From positions 10,638 through 74,637 of the forward strand of contig JBKHVI010000002.1 in assembly GCA_046570105.1 (NCBI GenBank): 64,000 nucleotides of DNA, read 5' to 3'. Position numbers and translations under genes: made by a program. Below are positions 28,498-38,297 of the stretch, piece after piece; the first letter of the stretch is position 1; every line of letters starts with the position of its first letter. This stretch comes from Bacteriovoracia bacterium (GTDB lineage Bacteria > Bdellovibrionota > Bacteriovoracia > Bacteriovoracales > Bacteriovoracaceae). Below the pieces are notes generated by a model, which saw only the letters and a list, made by a program, of their open reading frames with translations, was not told the origin of the DNA and made no database searches.

Positions 28498-28959
28498 CAA
28501 CTCTAGGCGCACTTGCTTTAAAAATTCTTGCTGTTCAAGCGAGCGACCTAAGAGATAGCTCTCTGCCGGATCTACCAAAAAAGCTTGCAGGGCCTGCCGG
28601 CCCAATAACATTCGAAATTTCATGTCCCGCCGGTTCGCCAAGGTGACTTCAGTCGAATAAATTTTATCTGCAATCTTGAGATCCACATGAATCACAAAGC
28701 GTTCAAGCGATTCACCATTTGAGCTTTTTACTCGGCGACGATCCACCATAGGGGCACTGACTTCATGGCCCAAAGCAAGTGATCGCTGAACTGGCATCAA
28801 CAGGAAGCGCACAAAAGGCTGACCTTTCAGCAAGTAAGGCTCGGCATCTAAAGCATGTAAGCTAGAGGTGCGCGCTCCTGTATCGATTTTTGCTTTGATC
28901 GCCGGAATTCCCCATTGAGGAAGTCCCACCCATTCACGCCATCCGAGAGTTAATTTCAT
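28486..28959 (-). CDS. RimK-associated putative retropepsin-like protease (ATP-dependent zinc protease family annotation)
   Basis: GWREWV, AKIDTGARTSSLHA, RMLLGR. Start 28959 lies 6 nt after TATAAT. Confidence 0.85.
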   Translation of the reverse strand: MKLTLGWREWVGLPQWGIPAIKAKIDTGARTSSLHALDAEPYLLKGQPFVRFLLMPVQRSLALGHEVSAPMVDRRRVKSSNGESLERFVIHVDLKIADKIYSTEVTLANRRDMKFRMLLGRQALQAFLVDPAESYLLGRSLEQQEFLKQVRLELLGK

Positions 28960-29023
28960 ATTTTGATTATAGGACCACTTCAAGAATCTCTGCTAGGAAA
29001 AAGCCGCAATAGTTGATAAAAAC

Positions 29024-29051
29024 TTGCGCTCTTTTGTAGGCTTGTTACAAT
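29024..29051 (+). promoter_or_regulatory. Sigma70-type promoter of the lytic transglycosylase
   Basis: TTGCGC-N16-TACAAT with an extended TG. Confidence 0.5.
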
Positions 29052-29058
29052 AAAAATC

Positions 29059-29071
29059 AAACAGGATGTTT
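29059..29071 (+). promoter_or_regulatory. Putative CsrA/RsmA binding hairpin in the 5' UTR
   Basis: AAACA-GGA-TGTTT contains ACAGGATGT with GGA in the loop. Confidence 0.45.
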
Positions 29072-29083
29072 TACGTTTAAGAC

Positions 29084-30748
29084 ATGAGGTCTCCTATGAA
29101 ATTTGCACTCCCACTCATACTACTCATTTCAGCTTGCGCCCAAATGAAAGGCCATGTGACTAAAGGTTCTTCAAAAGAGGCCAAGGTTCAAATGGATAGT
29201 GCGGATGTGGTGTGGAGTGATCTTGAAAAATTAGAAGATGATGATACCGAAACGCACGCTTTGGTTGATACCGTAGCTTCAAATGATCAAATCAGTGCTG
29301 CTGTTGGCGGTGATCCTGATCAAGCAGAGGAAGTGGAAGAATCTAGAAGTCAGCGTCCCTTCTTGAAAAAAATTAAAACCAAGCGTGTGAAGTTCTGGGT
29401 CAATTATTTTACTGAGAAACAACGCGATCGTTTTCAGCGCTTTCTTAACAACGGCATGATGTATCGCCCGATTATTGAAAAAATCTTGGATGAAGAAGGT
29501 CTTCCACGCGAATTATTCTTTGTCGGTTTGATTGAGTCTGGTTACTACCTGGGCGCCCACTCTCATGCTTCAGCAGTAGGTCCTTGGCAGTTTATTCGTG
29601 GAACTGCTCATCGTTATGGCCTTGTGATGAATAGAGATCTTGATGAGCGTCGTGATATTTTTAAGGCCACACAAGCTGCTGCTCAGTACTTCAAAGACCT
29701 GAATAATATCTTCTCATCTTGGGAACTAGCACTTGCTGCTTACAACTCTGGCGAATACGGCATGATCCGTCGAATCACCAAATACAAGACACGTGATTAT
29801 TATCAACTCTCGCGCAACAAACAGATTCCAGCTGAAACTATTAACTATGTTCCAAAAGTTTTAGCGGCGATGTATGTGGTAGAAAACGCCGCGAAATACG
29901 GCTTTAAACTTCCCCAAGAGAATGCCCGTTTCTGGCAGAAAACAAAAACGATTACGGCCCCTAAAGGCACAAATCTTTCAACATTAAGTAAACGCCTCGG
30001 TCTATCATCGACGTTGCTAGTAAAACTAAATCCTGAATTGCGCAGCAAGCGTACACCACGCACTTTCCCTGGAAGTTATCAATTACGTATTCCAGCAGAC
30101 AAACACACCGCCTGGATGGAAACTTTGGTGGCAGAAGAGCCACAAGTCTCTCCCCGCGTGAAAGAATTAGAAGTTCTACGTGATCGCGTATTAAACCCTG
30201 AGCGCCATGTGGCGGCCGTTGCTAAAGTAGCACCGAAAAAGATGGCCCCTCGTGTTCATCGAGTGAAGCGCGGTGAAACACTTTCCTTAATCGCTGCTCG
30301 TAATAATATGACTCTCAAACAGATCGCTCTTATGAATGATATGACGGTTAAGAGCAAAATTCGTATCGGCCAAATCATTAAGCTTCACAAAGATGATGAA
30401 GTGAAAGTCAGAACAGCTGCTAGCAAACGAGTGGTAAAGGTACAAACGAAGCCTCTCGTTTATAAATTACAGCGCGGTGAAACACTCACTGACGTCGCAC
30501 GATGGTTTAATACTTCTGTGGATGCCCTCAAATCAGCGAATAACATTACGAAAGGCCGCCAACTTCATGTTGGCCATAAAGTAAAAATCCCCGCCACTCG
30601 TCGTGGAACCTATACTGTGCGCCCAGGCGACTACCTCATAAAAATTGCTCAGAAGTTTGGCCTGAACCAAACTGCTTTAATGAAACTCAACAACCTCAAA
30701 CGCCAAAGCCTCTATGCCGGCCAGCGTCTGGTGGTTAATCTCGAATAA
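29084..30748 (+). CDS. mltD: MltD-like lytic transglycosylase with LysM repeats (lipoprotein)
   Basis: ISAC lipobox, IESG, AVGPWQF, LAAYNSGE, ETINYVPK, and three or more LysM repeats. Confidence 0.88.
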   Translation: MRSPMKFALPLILLISACAQMKGHVTKGSSKEAKVQMDSADVVWSDLEKLEDDDTETHALVDTVASNDQISAAVGGDPDQAEEVEESRSQRPFLKKIKTKRVKFWVNYFTEKQRDRFQRFLNNGMMYRPIIEKILDEEGLPRELFFVGLIESGYYLGAHSHASAVGPWQFIRGTAHRYGLVMNRDLDERRDIFKATQAAAQYFKDLNNIFSSWELALAAYNSGEYGMIRRITKYKTRDYYQLSRNKQIPAETINYVPKVLAAMYVVENAAKYGFKLPQENARFWQKTKTITAPKGTNLSTLSKRLGLSSTLLVKLNPELRSKRTPRTFPGSYQLRIPADKHTAWMETLVAEEPQVSPRVKELEVLRDRVLNPERHVAAVAKVAPKKMAPRVHRVKRGETLSLIAARNNMTLKQIALMNDMTVKSKIRIGQIIKLHKDDEVKVRTAASKRVVKVQTKPLVYKLQRGETLTDVARWFNTSVDALKSANNITKGRQLHVGHKVKIPATRRGTYTVRPGDYLIKIAQKFGLNQTALMKLNNLKRQSLYAGQRLVVNLE

Positions 30749-31790
30749 ATTCTGGTTCAAAAAGCTTGAAGACAGCTTTAAGTGGTAAGTGGTCTGACAC
30801 CTCTGGATGAGGTGTCGTAACCACTTCGGCCCGTATTAGCGGACGATTGGGAGCATGGTAGATATAATCGAGACGTCGATCGGGACGCACACTTGGAAAA
30901 GTAAACCAGGTTTCTTCTCTCTGAAGATAGGCGACCGGCGCAACCACTTCTGTTAAAGGCAAATCTTCTAAAATTTTATAAGTTTGATCACCTTCGTAAA
31001 CATCTTTGGGATTACTAAACCCCGAACGCTTCATGGCACCAGCGGGCAGCATATTAAAATCCCCGCCGATGAAATCTACTGGATGCTTCTTCGTAAAGCG
31101 CACTAACTCTCTGGCCTGCTCTTCTTTGGCCGCTTGATCAAAAGCTTCTAAATGCAAATTGATTAGTTTTACTTCACGATCAATTAATTTAAGTGTGACC
31201 ACTTGAAAATAACGGTGCAGATAAAAAAGATTATACCACCAAGCTTGCGAGGTGGGCTTGGCCAGTAAGTGAACTTCATTTTTTACAATCGGCCAGCGCG
31301 ACAAAATCGCTCCGCCAGAATTCATACGCCCAAAATGATGAGTTATAGGCGTGAAAGGAAATGGAATATAATTAGCACGCCAAGACTCAGCTCGGGCCCA
31401 GTAGCTATATCCACTCAATCTTGCAAGTTCAGCTAATTGATCCACGTTATGAGAGCGAGAAGAATCAAAGTCTATTTCCTGGAGCAAAACCAAATCGGCT
31501 TCAGAGGCCTTTATGGTTTCTGCAATTTTGCCAATTGAAGCCTGAAAACTAGCGAGTTCTTTTGGAGCATATCCATCCGAGCCTTCTGATCCCATTCCAA
31601 AACCATACGAGATATTCCAGGTCAAAATACTAAAAGTAGAAGGCCTGACTTCGGGCGTGTTCACATTCTCACTCACTCCCATGGGAGCTTCCTGTGTTTT
31701 AGCGCCAATTTCCCATGGATATGAGGCCCAAAAGAAGAACAAAACAAACGGCGCTATTACGCTGGCACAAATCATCCATGTCATTTTCAT
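30735..31790 (-). CDS. Endonuclease/exonuclease/phosphatase family protein
   Basis: TWNI, LLQEID, NLHL, GGDFN, RLDYI, SDHLP. Confidence 0.9.
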   Translation of the reverse strand: MKMTWMICASVIAPFVLFFFWASYPWEIGAKTQEAPMGVSENVNTPEVRPSTFSILTWNISYGFGMGSEGSDGYAPKELASFQASIGKIAETIKASEADLVLLQEIDFDSSRSHNVDQLAELARLSGYSYWARAESWRANYIPFPFTPITHHFGRMNSGGAILSRWPIVKNEVHLLAKPTSQAWWYNLFYLHRYFQVVTLKLIDREVKLINLHLEAFDQAAKEEQARELVRFTKKHPVDFIGGDFNMLPAGAMKRSGFSNPKDVYEGDQTYKILEDLPLTEVVAPVAYLQREETWFTFPSVRPDRRLDYIYHAPNRPLIRAEVVTTPHPEVSDHLPLKAVFKLFEPEFIRD

Positions 31791-33058
31791 CTCTGTTTTA
31801 CTCCCGCCAAGAAGACTTGTTCCACAGAACCTGGGAAAGTCACCCCGACAAAGGGATTGTGCTTCACTTTTGTTTTTAACATTTCTGTCGTTATTTTAAT
31901 CGGTCGCTTAAGGTTGAGTACAGTCACATTACCTACAAAACCTCTGCTACAGAATCCAAATCCATGGCCATAATTTTTAAAGCGCGGCGACCATTCACCA
32001 AAACCTTTGAGGAATTGATTGGCAAAACGGCCTGGATTCTCGGCGCACATCAAAGCAATCCGCTGAGGAGTAAAGCCTTTCTCCTGCAACAGCCACGTAA
32101 CAAATGCGCCGTAGCTATCAAGGCCCGTGAGCCCGGAAGTTCCTTTCGCTTTTTCTTCGGCAGTATGTGGGGCATGGTCGGTTGCTAAAAAATCTATATC
32201 TCCTACTCGGGCCGCTGCCAGCATGGCATCACGGTCACTCATTTCACGAATAGGAGGATTCATCTGAAAAAGGACTTTATCTTTAAGCTGCAATTGGTCT
32301 TGTGAAAAATACAAGTGCTGTGGTGTGACTTCACAGCTCACAGTTACGCCCCGTTTTTTAGCTTCACGAATGAGTGGTAACCCATCACCGGCGCTATAGT
32401 GGCAGAGCTTTCCCTGGAGCTTGAACTTTTCAATTAAACGCAAGGCCGTCGCTGTCGCCATCACTTCGCATTGTGAAGGTCTGCGCAGATGATGATGGGC
32501 CCCGGCCTGATGCCGTTTTAATTCCACCGGATCTTCGCAATGAAAACTGACGTGCTGGCCTGAGTAGCGCGAGAGCGCGACTTCTAATTGCTGATCATTT
32601 TCAAAGAATAACTCGCCTATAGATGGCCCCATATAGACTTTGTAAGGAACCATCTTTTGCAATGGCGTAGTTTCAGGACCTATGCCGGCATAAAGCAAAA
32701 TGGAAATTGGTGCTTTATCGGTTAAGGACATTTTCGCGCGATAAGACGCTTCATCAATGGGTGGCACGGGATTGTTTGGCATATCGGCCACATGAGTGAC
32801 GCCGCCATTAAGGGCCGCAGCCGTTGCAGTTAAAAAATCTTCTTTATGCAGATGTTGCCCAGAAATATCTTCGCGGGCATGAATGTGAATATCTCCCATT
32901 CCGGCAAAGGCGAGGCATTCATCCGAAAAGTATTCTACTTGATTTTGTGGAACTCCAAGATCACCAAAGTCACTGATGAGGCCAGTCTGAGGGTCAATGG
33001 CCATTTGGGCGCGATTGATTTTTTCCGAGGTGGCAAAGACGGCATCAATGATCTTCAT
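31787..33058 (-). CDS. pyrC: Dihydroorotase (amidohydrolase family)
   Basis: DIHIHARE, DMPNN, HCED, EVTPQHL, NPPIR, TDHAPH. Confidence 0.82.
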   Translation of the reverse strand: MKIIDAVFATSEKINRAQMAIDPQTGLISDFGDLGVPQNQVEYFSDECLAFAGMGDIHIHAREDISGQHLHKEDFLTATAAALNGGVTHVADMPNNPVPPIDEASYRAKMSLTDKAPISILLYAGIGPETTPLQKMVPYKVYMGPSIGELFFENDQQLEVALSRYSGQHVSFHCEDPVELKRHQAGAHHHLRRPSQCEVMATATALRLIEKFKLQGKLCHYSAGDGLPLIREAKKRGVTVSCEVTPQHLYFSQDQLQLKDKVLFQMNPPIREMSDRDAMLAAARVGDIDFLATDHAPHTAEEKAKGTSGLTGLDSYGAFVTWLLQEKGFTPQRIALMCAENPGRFANQFLKGFGEWSPRFKNYGHGFGFCSRGFVGNVTVLNLKRPIKITTEMLKTKVKHNPFVGVTFPGSVEQVFLAGVKQR

Positions 33059-33807
33059 TGTGCCGACCGCTGCACAGTTGTAGGACTTCCTTGCGCCGTT
33101 GGCATAGTGGTGATCTCATCGATACACACATGGCGTGGTTGCTCCAACATAAACATCATTTGCCGAGCGACATCAGCTCCGGTTAAAGGTTGCATACCCT
33201 GGTAAACATTTTGCGCTTGTTGTTCATCACCTTTGAAGCGTACAACGGAAAACTCTGTCTCTACCATTCCCGGAGAGATCTGCATTACGCGCACATTTTG
33301 TCCGCAGGTTTCTTCACGTAGCACTTTGGTAAAGGCCCAGACGGCATGTTTGGCGGCACAGTAGACCGCGCCTCCCGGATAAGTCAGATGGCCCGCGATA
33401 CTACAAACATTGAGCACGTCTCCTCTTTTACGAGCGAGCATGCCCGGGATGAGTGCATGGGTTAAATGGAATAAGGCCTTCACATTAACATCCATCATAA
33501 CATCCCAATCGTGGACACTTGATTTGGCAACGGGATCGCGACCCAGAGCAAGGCCTGCGTTATTGATCAAGATATCAAAGTCCAGTCCCCACGTCGTTTT
33601 CAAAGTCGCAATGAATTGAGCATCAGTCACATCGTGGACAAGATAATTCGCACCTAAGCGCTCAGCAATACTTTTTAATTTATCGCCACGACGGGCCACT
33701 AAAAATAACTCTGCTCCAGCATGGGCCAATAATTCAGCACAGGCGAGTCCAATTCCTGAAGTGGCTCCGGTGAGTAAAACTTTTTGAGATTTTAAAGGAG
33801 ATTGCAT
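33055..33807 (-). CDS. YdfG-like NADP-dependent SDR oxidoreductase
   Basis: TGATSGIG, NNAGLALG, YCAAK, PGMVETEFSVVRF. Confidence 0.88.
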   Translation of the reverse strand: MQSPLKSQKVLLTGATSGIGLACAELLAHAGAELFLVARRGDKLKSIAERLGANYLVHDVTDAQFIATLKTTWGLDFDILINNAGLALGRDPVAKSSVHDWDVMMDVNVKALFHLTHALIPGMLARKRGDVLNVCSIAGHLTYPGGAVYCAAKHAVWAFTKVLREETCGQNVRVMQISPGMVETEFSVVRFKGDEQQAQNVYQGMQPLTGADVARQMMFMLEQPRHVCIDEITTMPTAQGSPTTVQRSAQ

Positions 33808-33838
33808 GCCCAAAGTTTAGCGGGCCCAAGACAATTGT

Positions 33839-35893
33839 TCAATGACCTAGAATATTCAACGACCAAGAGTTTAACACTCCCGTGTCGCCAGAGCGGGCAT
33901 CAACCATTTTAATCGTCCAGACACCATTGGCATTTTCACCATAGAAGGCATGTGTCGTGAGAACCACGTTAAGATTTGCATCTGCTATGCCACCATTGAC
34001 TGGCAGCAACAATGCATTATTAATATTCAGCAAAATACTCTTTGTTCCACTCGGTGAGGTCAATTCCACCCCCACTTGGCCAGAACGTGCATGAGTCACA
34101 CTCACTCTGACCTGAACACTTTCCACAATTTTACCGTTTCCTAAGTCGAGATCGATCTGGTCACTGACTCCTGTACTACTATTGTCGGGAATTGCTAGCG
34201 CCAGTCCATTGCGAGCATGCGAGGGGAGAGAAAAGTCAGGATTCGATTCAAACCAGGCCGGGAGCAAGCTATAACCACTGGCCGCCATCGCTACCGCTGC
34301 CTGGGCATTCACACGTCCAAAGCCATACCAGTTATGAAAATCGTATCCAGCGGCATTAGTAACCCACCCTTGCTCGTAGACATGTCCTGCTAAATTTAGG
34401 GCAGCAATATAATGGGAGCTATTTGCTGCTGTGGCGTGAACTTTATCTGCTGTGACCGCCAGAATATGTTTCACATCACGCCAGGTGAGATTAGAGTTCG
34501 CCGATAACAACAAAGCGACAACACCGGCGACGTTGGGTGCCGCCGAAGAAGTTCCATTCATCATCGAGGTATAATTACAGCTAGGGTTAAACATTTGGAA
34601 AATGGCTTCCGTGCTGGAAAAGCGTTCAAACAAATTAAAATCATACATGCCCGTTGAAGATGAGTAGCCTTGAGAGCAGGTCATTAAATCAGTTGTAACG
34701 ATAGCCGGATCTTCATCTCCGTCTTCCCCACCGGGAGCGCTTACCCACACATTACTACCAGCATTAGAATAACTGGCAGCAAAGCCATCAGCATTCGTCG
34801 CACCAGCTAAAATAATAAAAGGCGAATTATTCTCTTCAGGGATATTGGCATTTTGGGGAGCAAAAACATTTCCGACTCCTGGCACGTTGCCAGAGAAACC
34901 AAAATATTCGTTGCCTGCTGATTTAACAAAAATTTGTCCTTTGCCACTTCTACCATTGGTCACACGATCGCGTAGATGAGCGATGTACATGGCATTGTCG
35001 ATAACATCCATATTGATGCCAGTTCCATAACTATAATTGAAAATATCAAAGTCCCCACTCGCTTGACTGAGCAACATGCTGGTGGTTTGCATGGAATCGA
35101 GAAACTGGAAACCAGCGAGACGCGCTTGGGGAGCAACACCGGTCACACCGATATTGTTCCAACCTACTGCTGCGATAATTCCACTAACGGCCGTTCCATG
35201 GGCCTCACCGACTGGATTGGGGTTAGCGAGATAGTTGTTTTCATCATCGCCCGTATCATAATTGCGATGTTCACCTGATAATAAATTTGAGCTTAAATCT
35301 TCGTGACTGATCTCTACTCCCGTATCAGAAACAGCTATGCGAACATTCTGTCCAAGATATCCCAATCGCCACGCAGCTGGCACACGCATATCTTCGTCAT
35401 CATCTCCGGCATCATTGCCAGAGAAAAAACTTCCGCCATCATTTTCCAGATACCACTGGTAAGGCCGCAAGAGATCACCACGAACTTGTAACGTGAAACG
35501 CGCGACAAAACTTTGCGATGCTTTGGTGGCACGAACTTCAAAATTAGAATAAGTTTTATTTGTTTCGTTGGGCACACCCGACAACACCACAGACCCACTC
35601 ACAATCGTTGCATTCAGCCAAGCTGGTGCTGGATTGGAGAAACTGATATTCCATCCACCACCTGTCAGTCCACTGAGAACTGAGTGAGAATAATTTAGGC
35701 CCATAAAGGCATATTGGACAGATGTTGATGATGAAGGAAAATCCCAGCCAGGTGAACTCGTGCCAGGAATATTGGAACCAGCGCCACCGCCAGTACCACC
35801 ACTCGATCCACCACCTCCAGCAGAGGGAGTGGTCTGCTCCGCCGGATTGCATCCAGCGAGTAACAGTACGAGAATGAAAAAAGTGATTCTCAA
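33839..35893 (-). CDS. Kexin-like S8 serine protease lipoprotein with Ig-like N-domain and C-terminal P-domain
   Basis: Triad SDTG, HGT, GTSSAAP and oxyanion SAGN. P-domain (LTSPSGT..GENANGVW). LLAGC lipobox after TTG 35893 with a GGGAG SD. Confidence 0.88.
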   Translation of the reverse strand: MRITFFILVLLLAGCNPAEQTTPSAGGGGSSGGTGGGAGSNIPGTSSPGWDFPSSSTSVQYAFMGLNYSHSVLSGLTGGGWNISFSNPAPAWLNATIVSGSVVLSGVPNETNKTYSNFEVRATKASQSFVARFTLQVRGDLLRPYQWYLENDGGSFFSGNDAGDDDEDMRVPAAWRLGYLGQNVRIAVSDTGVEISHEDLSSNLLSGEHRNYDTGDDENNYLANPNPVGEAHGTAVSGIIAAVGWNNIGVTGVAPQARLAGFQFLDSMQTTSMLLSQASGDFDIFNYSYGTGINMDVIDNAMYIAHLRDRVTNGRSGKGQIFVKSAGNEYFGFSGNVPGVGNVFAPQNANIPEENNSPFIILAGATNADGFAASYSNAGSNVWVSAPGGEDGDEDPAIVTTDLMTCSQGYSSSTGMYDFNLFERFSSTEAIFQMFNPSCNYTSMMNGTSSAAPNVAGVVALLLSANSNLTWRDVKHILAVTADKVHATAANSSHYIAALNLAGHVYEQGWVTNAAGYDFHNWYGFGRVNAQAAVAMAASGYSLLPAWFESNPDFSLPSHARNGLALAIPDNSSTGVSDQIDLDLGNGKIVESVQVRVSVTHARSGQVGVELTSPSGTKSILLNINNALLLPVNGGIADANLNVVLTTHAFYGENANGVWTIKMVDARSGDTGVLNSWSLNILGH

Positions 35894-35945
35894 GACAACT
35901 TCTCCCTCTCTAATTATCGACTGATTGAGAGTGAAAACTAAGGAA

Positions 35946-36617
35946 TTATTGTTGGACATTTGGAGAGACTAGAATCTCCCATTCTAAGTGCTTGAAGAGG
36001 CCTGTGGCCTTAAGACAACTCATTGATTCTTCGAGCTCATCCTGACTATGAACTTTAAGCAGATAGCTCTTAATGGAGGGGAAAGATTCGACCATTTCCA
36101 CCGGACATTGACTCAAAAATTGGCCAGCAGACTCTAAACTGGCCCCACCCATGGCCTTAATGACACCGGTGAAAATTCCTTTCACTCCGTTATCTGTGCG
36201 CTCAACGAGAGGGAAACTCACCATATTTGCTGGAAGCTCCGAGCTCGCCACAATCACAAAGCCGGGTCTTTGACTGATCACTGGAACACCTGGCGGAAGT
36301 GCACTTTTCTTCACGGCAACAGCACCTTCAAGCCATTTCCATTCCACTTCATTTTGTACAATCGGCGTTTTTTCATTCACAAATGCGACTTCTCTGGGCA
36401 ATTGAATCATTGCCTCTCTGCCACTTTTTCTTTCCACAGGAATGCCCGGTAAGACCCTTTGAGCGGCCGGTTGGCGCAACGGTGGAGTGTGACTAGCGAC
36501 AAGAATGGGTGAATGAATATTATCGTTATTTGTCGTGACGTGCGTATTATCTGATGATTTCCACCAGGCAACCACAGCGACCAGAATAACAATTGTAATG
36601 AGAGCTATGCGCTTCAT
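35946..36617 (-). CDS. Membrane-anchored hypothetical protein, candidate external chaperone/propeptide of the S8 protease
   Basis: N-terminal anchor and a C-terminal alpha/beta domain (GIFTGVIKA..LEWEIL). Directly upstream of the protease. Confidence 0.55.
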   Translation of the reverse strand: MKRIALITIVILVAVVAWWKSSDNTHVTTNNDNIHSPILVASHTPPLRQPAAQRVLPGIPVERKSGREAMIQLPREVAFVNEKTPIVQNEVEWKWLEGAVAVKKSALPPGVPVISQRPGFVIVASSELPANMVSFPLVERTDNGVKGIFTGVIKAMGGASLESAGQFLSQCPVEMVESFPSIKSYLLKVHSQDELEESMSCLKATGLFKHLEWEILVSPNVQQ

Positions 36618-36651
36618 AGAACCCCTATCGGAATTCTAGCATGCCTTTTAA

Positions 36652-37620
36652 CTAAGCATTCTTGTCAGGCAATTTGTTCCAGCGAATGCGACGGATCCCA
36701 CGAGAAATCAACTCACATAAAGGCATCACCGACACAAAAAAAACATCAAACCATAATGGATGCTGCATAAAAAAATCTGATTGGGTTGCGGCGAGGCCTA
36801 GCAGGATGACAGACATGAGGTAGAGCTGGCCCATAAAACGACACCAATGAAGTCTCGACATTGCTCTAATGAGAGATAAGGACTCGAGCCTTGTTTGAAT
36901 TGGTTTCAGAAAAGATAACCTTAGCAAAAACAAATAGGGCCAGAAATTCGCCCAGAAGACCCAAGGCTTTTGGTAAAGAGCAAAACGATAATAATTGGGG
37001 CCGATGGGAGTATGAAAATAAGCTCCTAAGAATGGAAGCGATAATATTGTACAAAAAATCCACAAGCCCCACTCCCCTTTTTTTAACTTTTCCAGGCCAG
37101 TGTCATTTAGGCTCACAAGCCGTCCTGCCGTGAAAGCAAGGCTTGCTAGAAAAAACCAAGGGATGAGAGGCCAGATATCAGGTTGCGGGAAAGTGAAAAG
37201 CTCAGCTGGTATCCAAAGCATAAAAAAAGAAAATAGAAGAAAGGTAAAACGCTGCCGAACAAAACTCATGAGAATAAGCAGTAGATTTGAGGCGGCGATA
37301 AATAAGTAGATATCCCACTCAAACTTTTGCCCTTCAGACATAAAGATGAGTGTGAGCACAAGTTGGCCAAGCAAAGCAAAAAGTGAAATTTTGAACAACG
37401 AATGATTGTTTTTGTTTTTTAATCCAAATAAAAAATAGATGAGAAAAACCAGCACTTGTCCACTGATGACATTACAACGAGCAAAGAGCAAAAACGCATT
37501 ATAGATTACTGATGGGATGGGATGAATATCAGTATAAAAGATAAATTCATTGGCATGTAAGACCAAAATTGAAATCAGTGCCACTAATTTAACCAGATTA
37601 ATTCCATGAATCGTTGTCAT
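36652..37620 (-). CDS. Multi-pass membrane protein, possible DUF1624/acyltransferase-like
   Basis: GINLVKLVALISILVLH and WPLIPW motifs. About 9 TM helices. Confidence 0.5.
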   Translation of the reverse strand: MTTIHGINLVKLVALISILVLHANEFIFYTDIHPIPSVIYNAFLLFARCNVISGQVLVFLIYFLFGLKNKNNHSLFKISLFALLGQLVLTLIFMSEGQKFEWDIYLFIAASNLLLILMSFVRQRFTFLLFSFFMLWIPAELFTFPQPDIWPLIPWFFLASLAFTAGRLVSLNDTGLEKLKKGEWGLWIFCTILSLPFLGAYFHTPIGPNYYRFALYQKPWVFWANFWPYLFLLRLSFLKPIQTRLESLSLIRAMSRLHWCRFMGQLYLMSVILLGLAATQSDFFMQHPLWFDVFFVSVMPLCELISRGIRRIRWNKLPDKNA

Positions 37621-38297
37621 GGATAGTACACCGTCAGCTCATTTTTCTTATTGGTGGAGTACTTATCAAAGGGTAGTAAGAGTTCTTGGCCGTGGGTATT
37701 AAGGTAGTGGTGATAGTTTTGGGGTACACGACTTAAATGTGTCAATTTCACATGGTAAAATACTTCCACCAAAACACCATTACGATAAGTTTTTATGGTT
37801 TCACCTGAAAACTCTTGAAAGGGCTGAGGCCACAGTGCCTCTCCTGTTGGAGAAACATTTGATGTGATGACGGCCGGATCTTTTTGGCAATGATGAAGAA
37901 AATCATCAGTCCTTTTCTCAATTAAACACCATTCCCCCATTGAGTCCCACTGAATAAACCAGATATTTTTTAACTCACTCTCCCCTCTTAAATCCGCATG
38001 TAGATAGAGACGTACCGAATAGAAAGGTTGCCCGTCTTTAATCTTCATCCCAACCAGAAATTGATCCAAATTAGTCTCTGCCACTTTCCAATGATCCAAT
38101 TTTTTAAGAGCGCGCTCAATTAAAGAGCGGTGACTGTCGGTGTGTTTAAATAGATCACTCTTGAAATGTCGCTCATGCCACTTAAGATAATCGGCCACAA
38201 TATTTTGCATATAGGCCCTATTGACGGGCATATTTAGGTGCGCTGGAGTAAGAGCAAAAGCATTGATACATAACAAAAGCCCAAATAATGCTTTCAT
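37617..38297 (-). CDS. Secreted hypothetical protein
   Basis: Signal peptide (AFA). ATGA overlaps with both neighbours. Confidence 0.6.
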   Translation of the reverse strand: MKALFGLLLCINAFALTPAHLNMPVNRAYMQNIVADYLKWHERHFKSDLFKHTDSHRSLIERALKKLDHWKVAETNLDQFLVGMKIKDGQPFYSVRLYLHADLRGESELKNIWFIQWDSMGEWCLIEKRTDDFLHHCQKDPAVITSNVSPTGEALWPQPFQEFSGETIKTYRNGVLVEVFYHVKLTHLSRVPQNYHHYLNTHGQELLLPFDKYSTNKKNELTVYYP

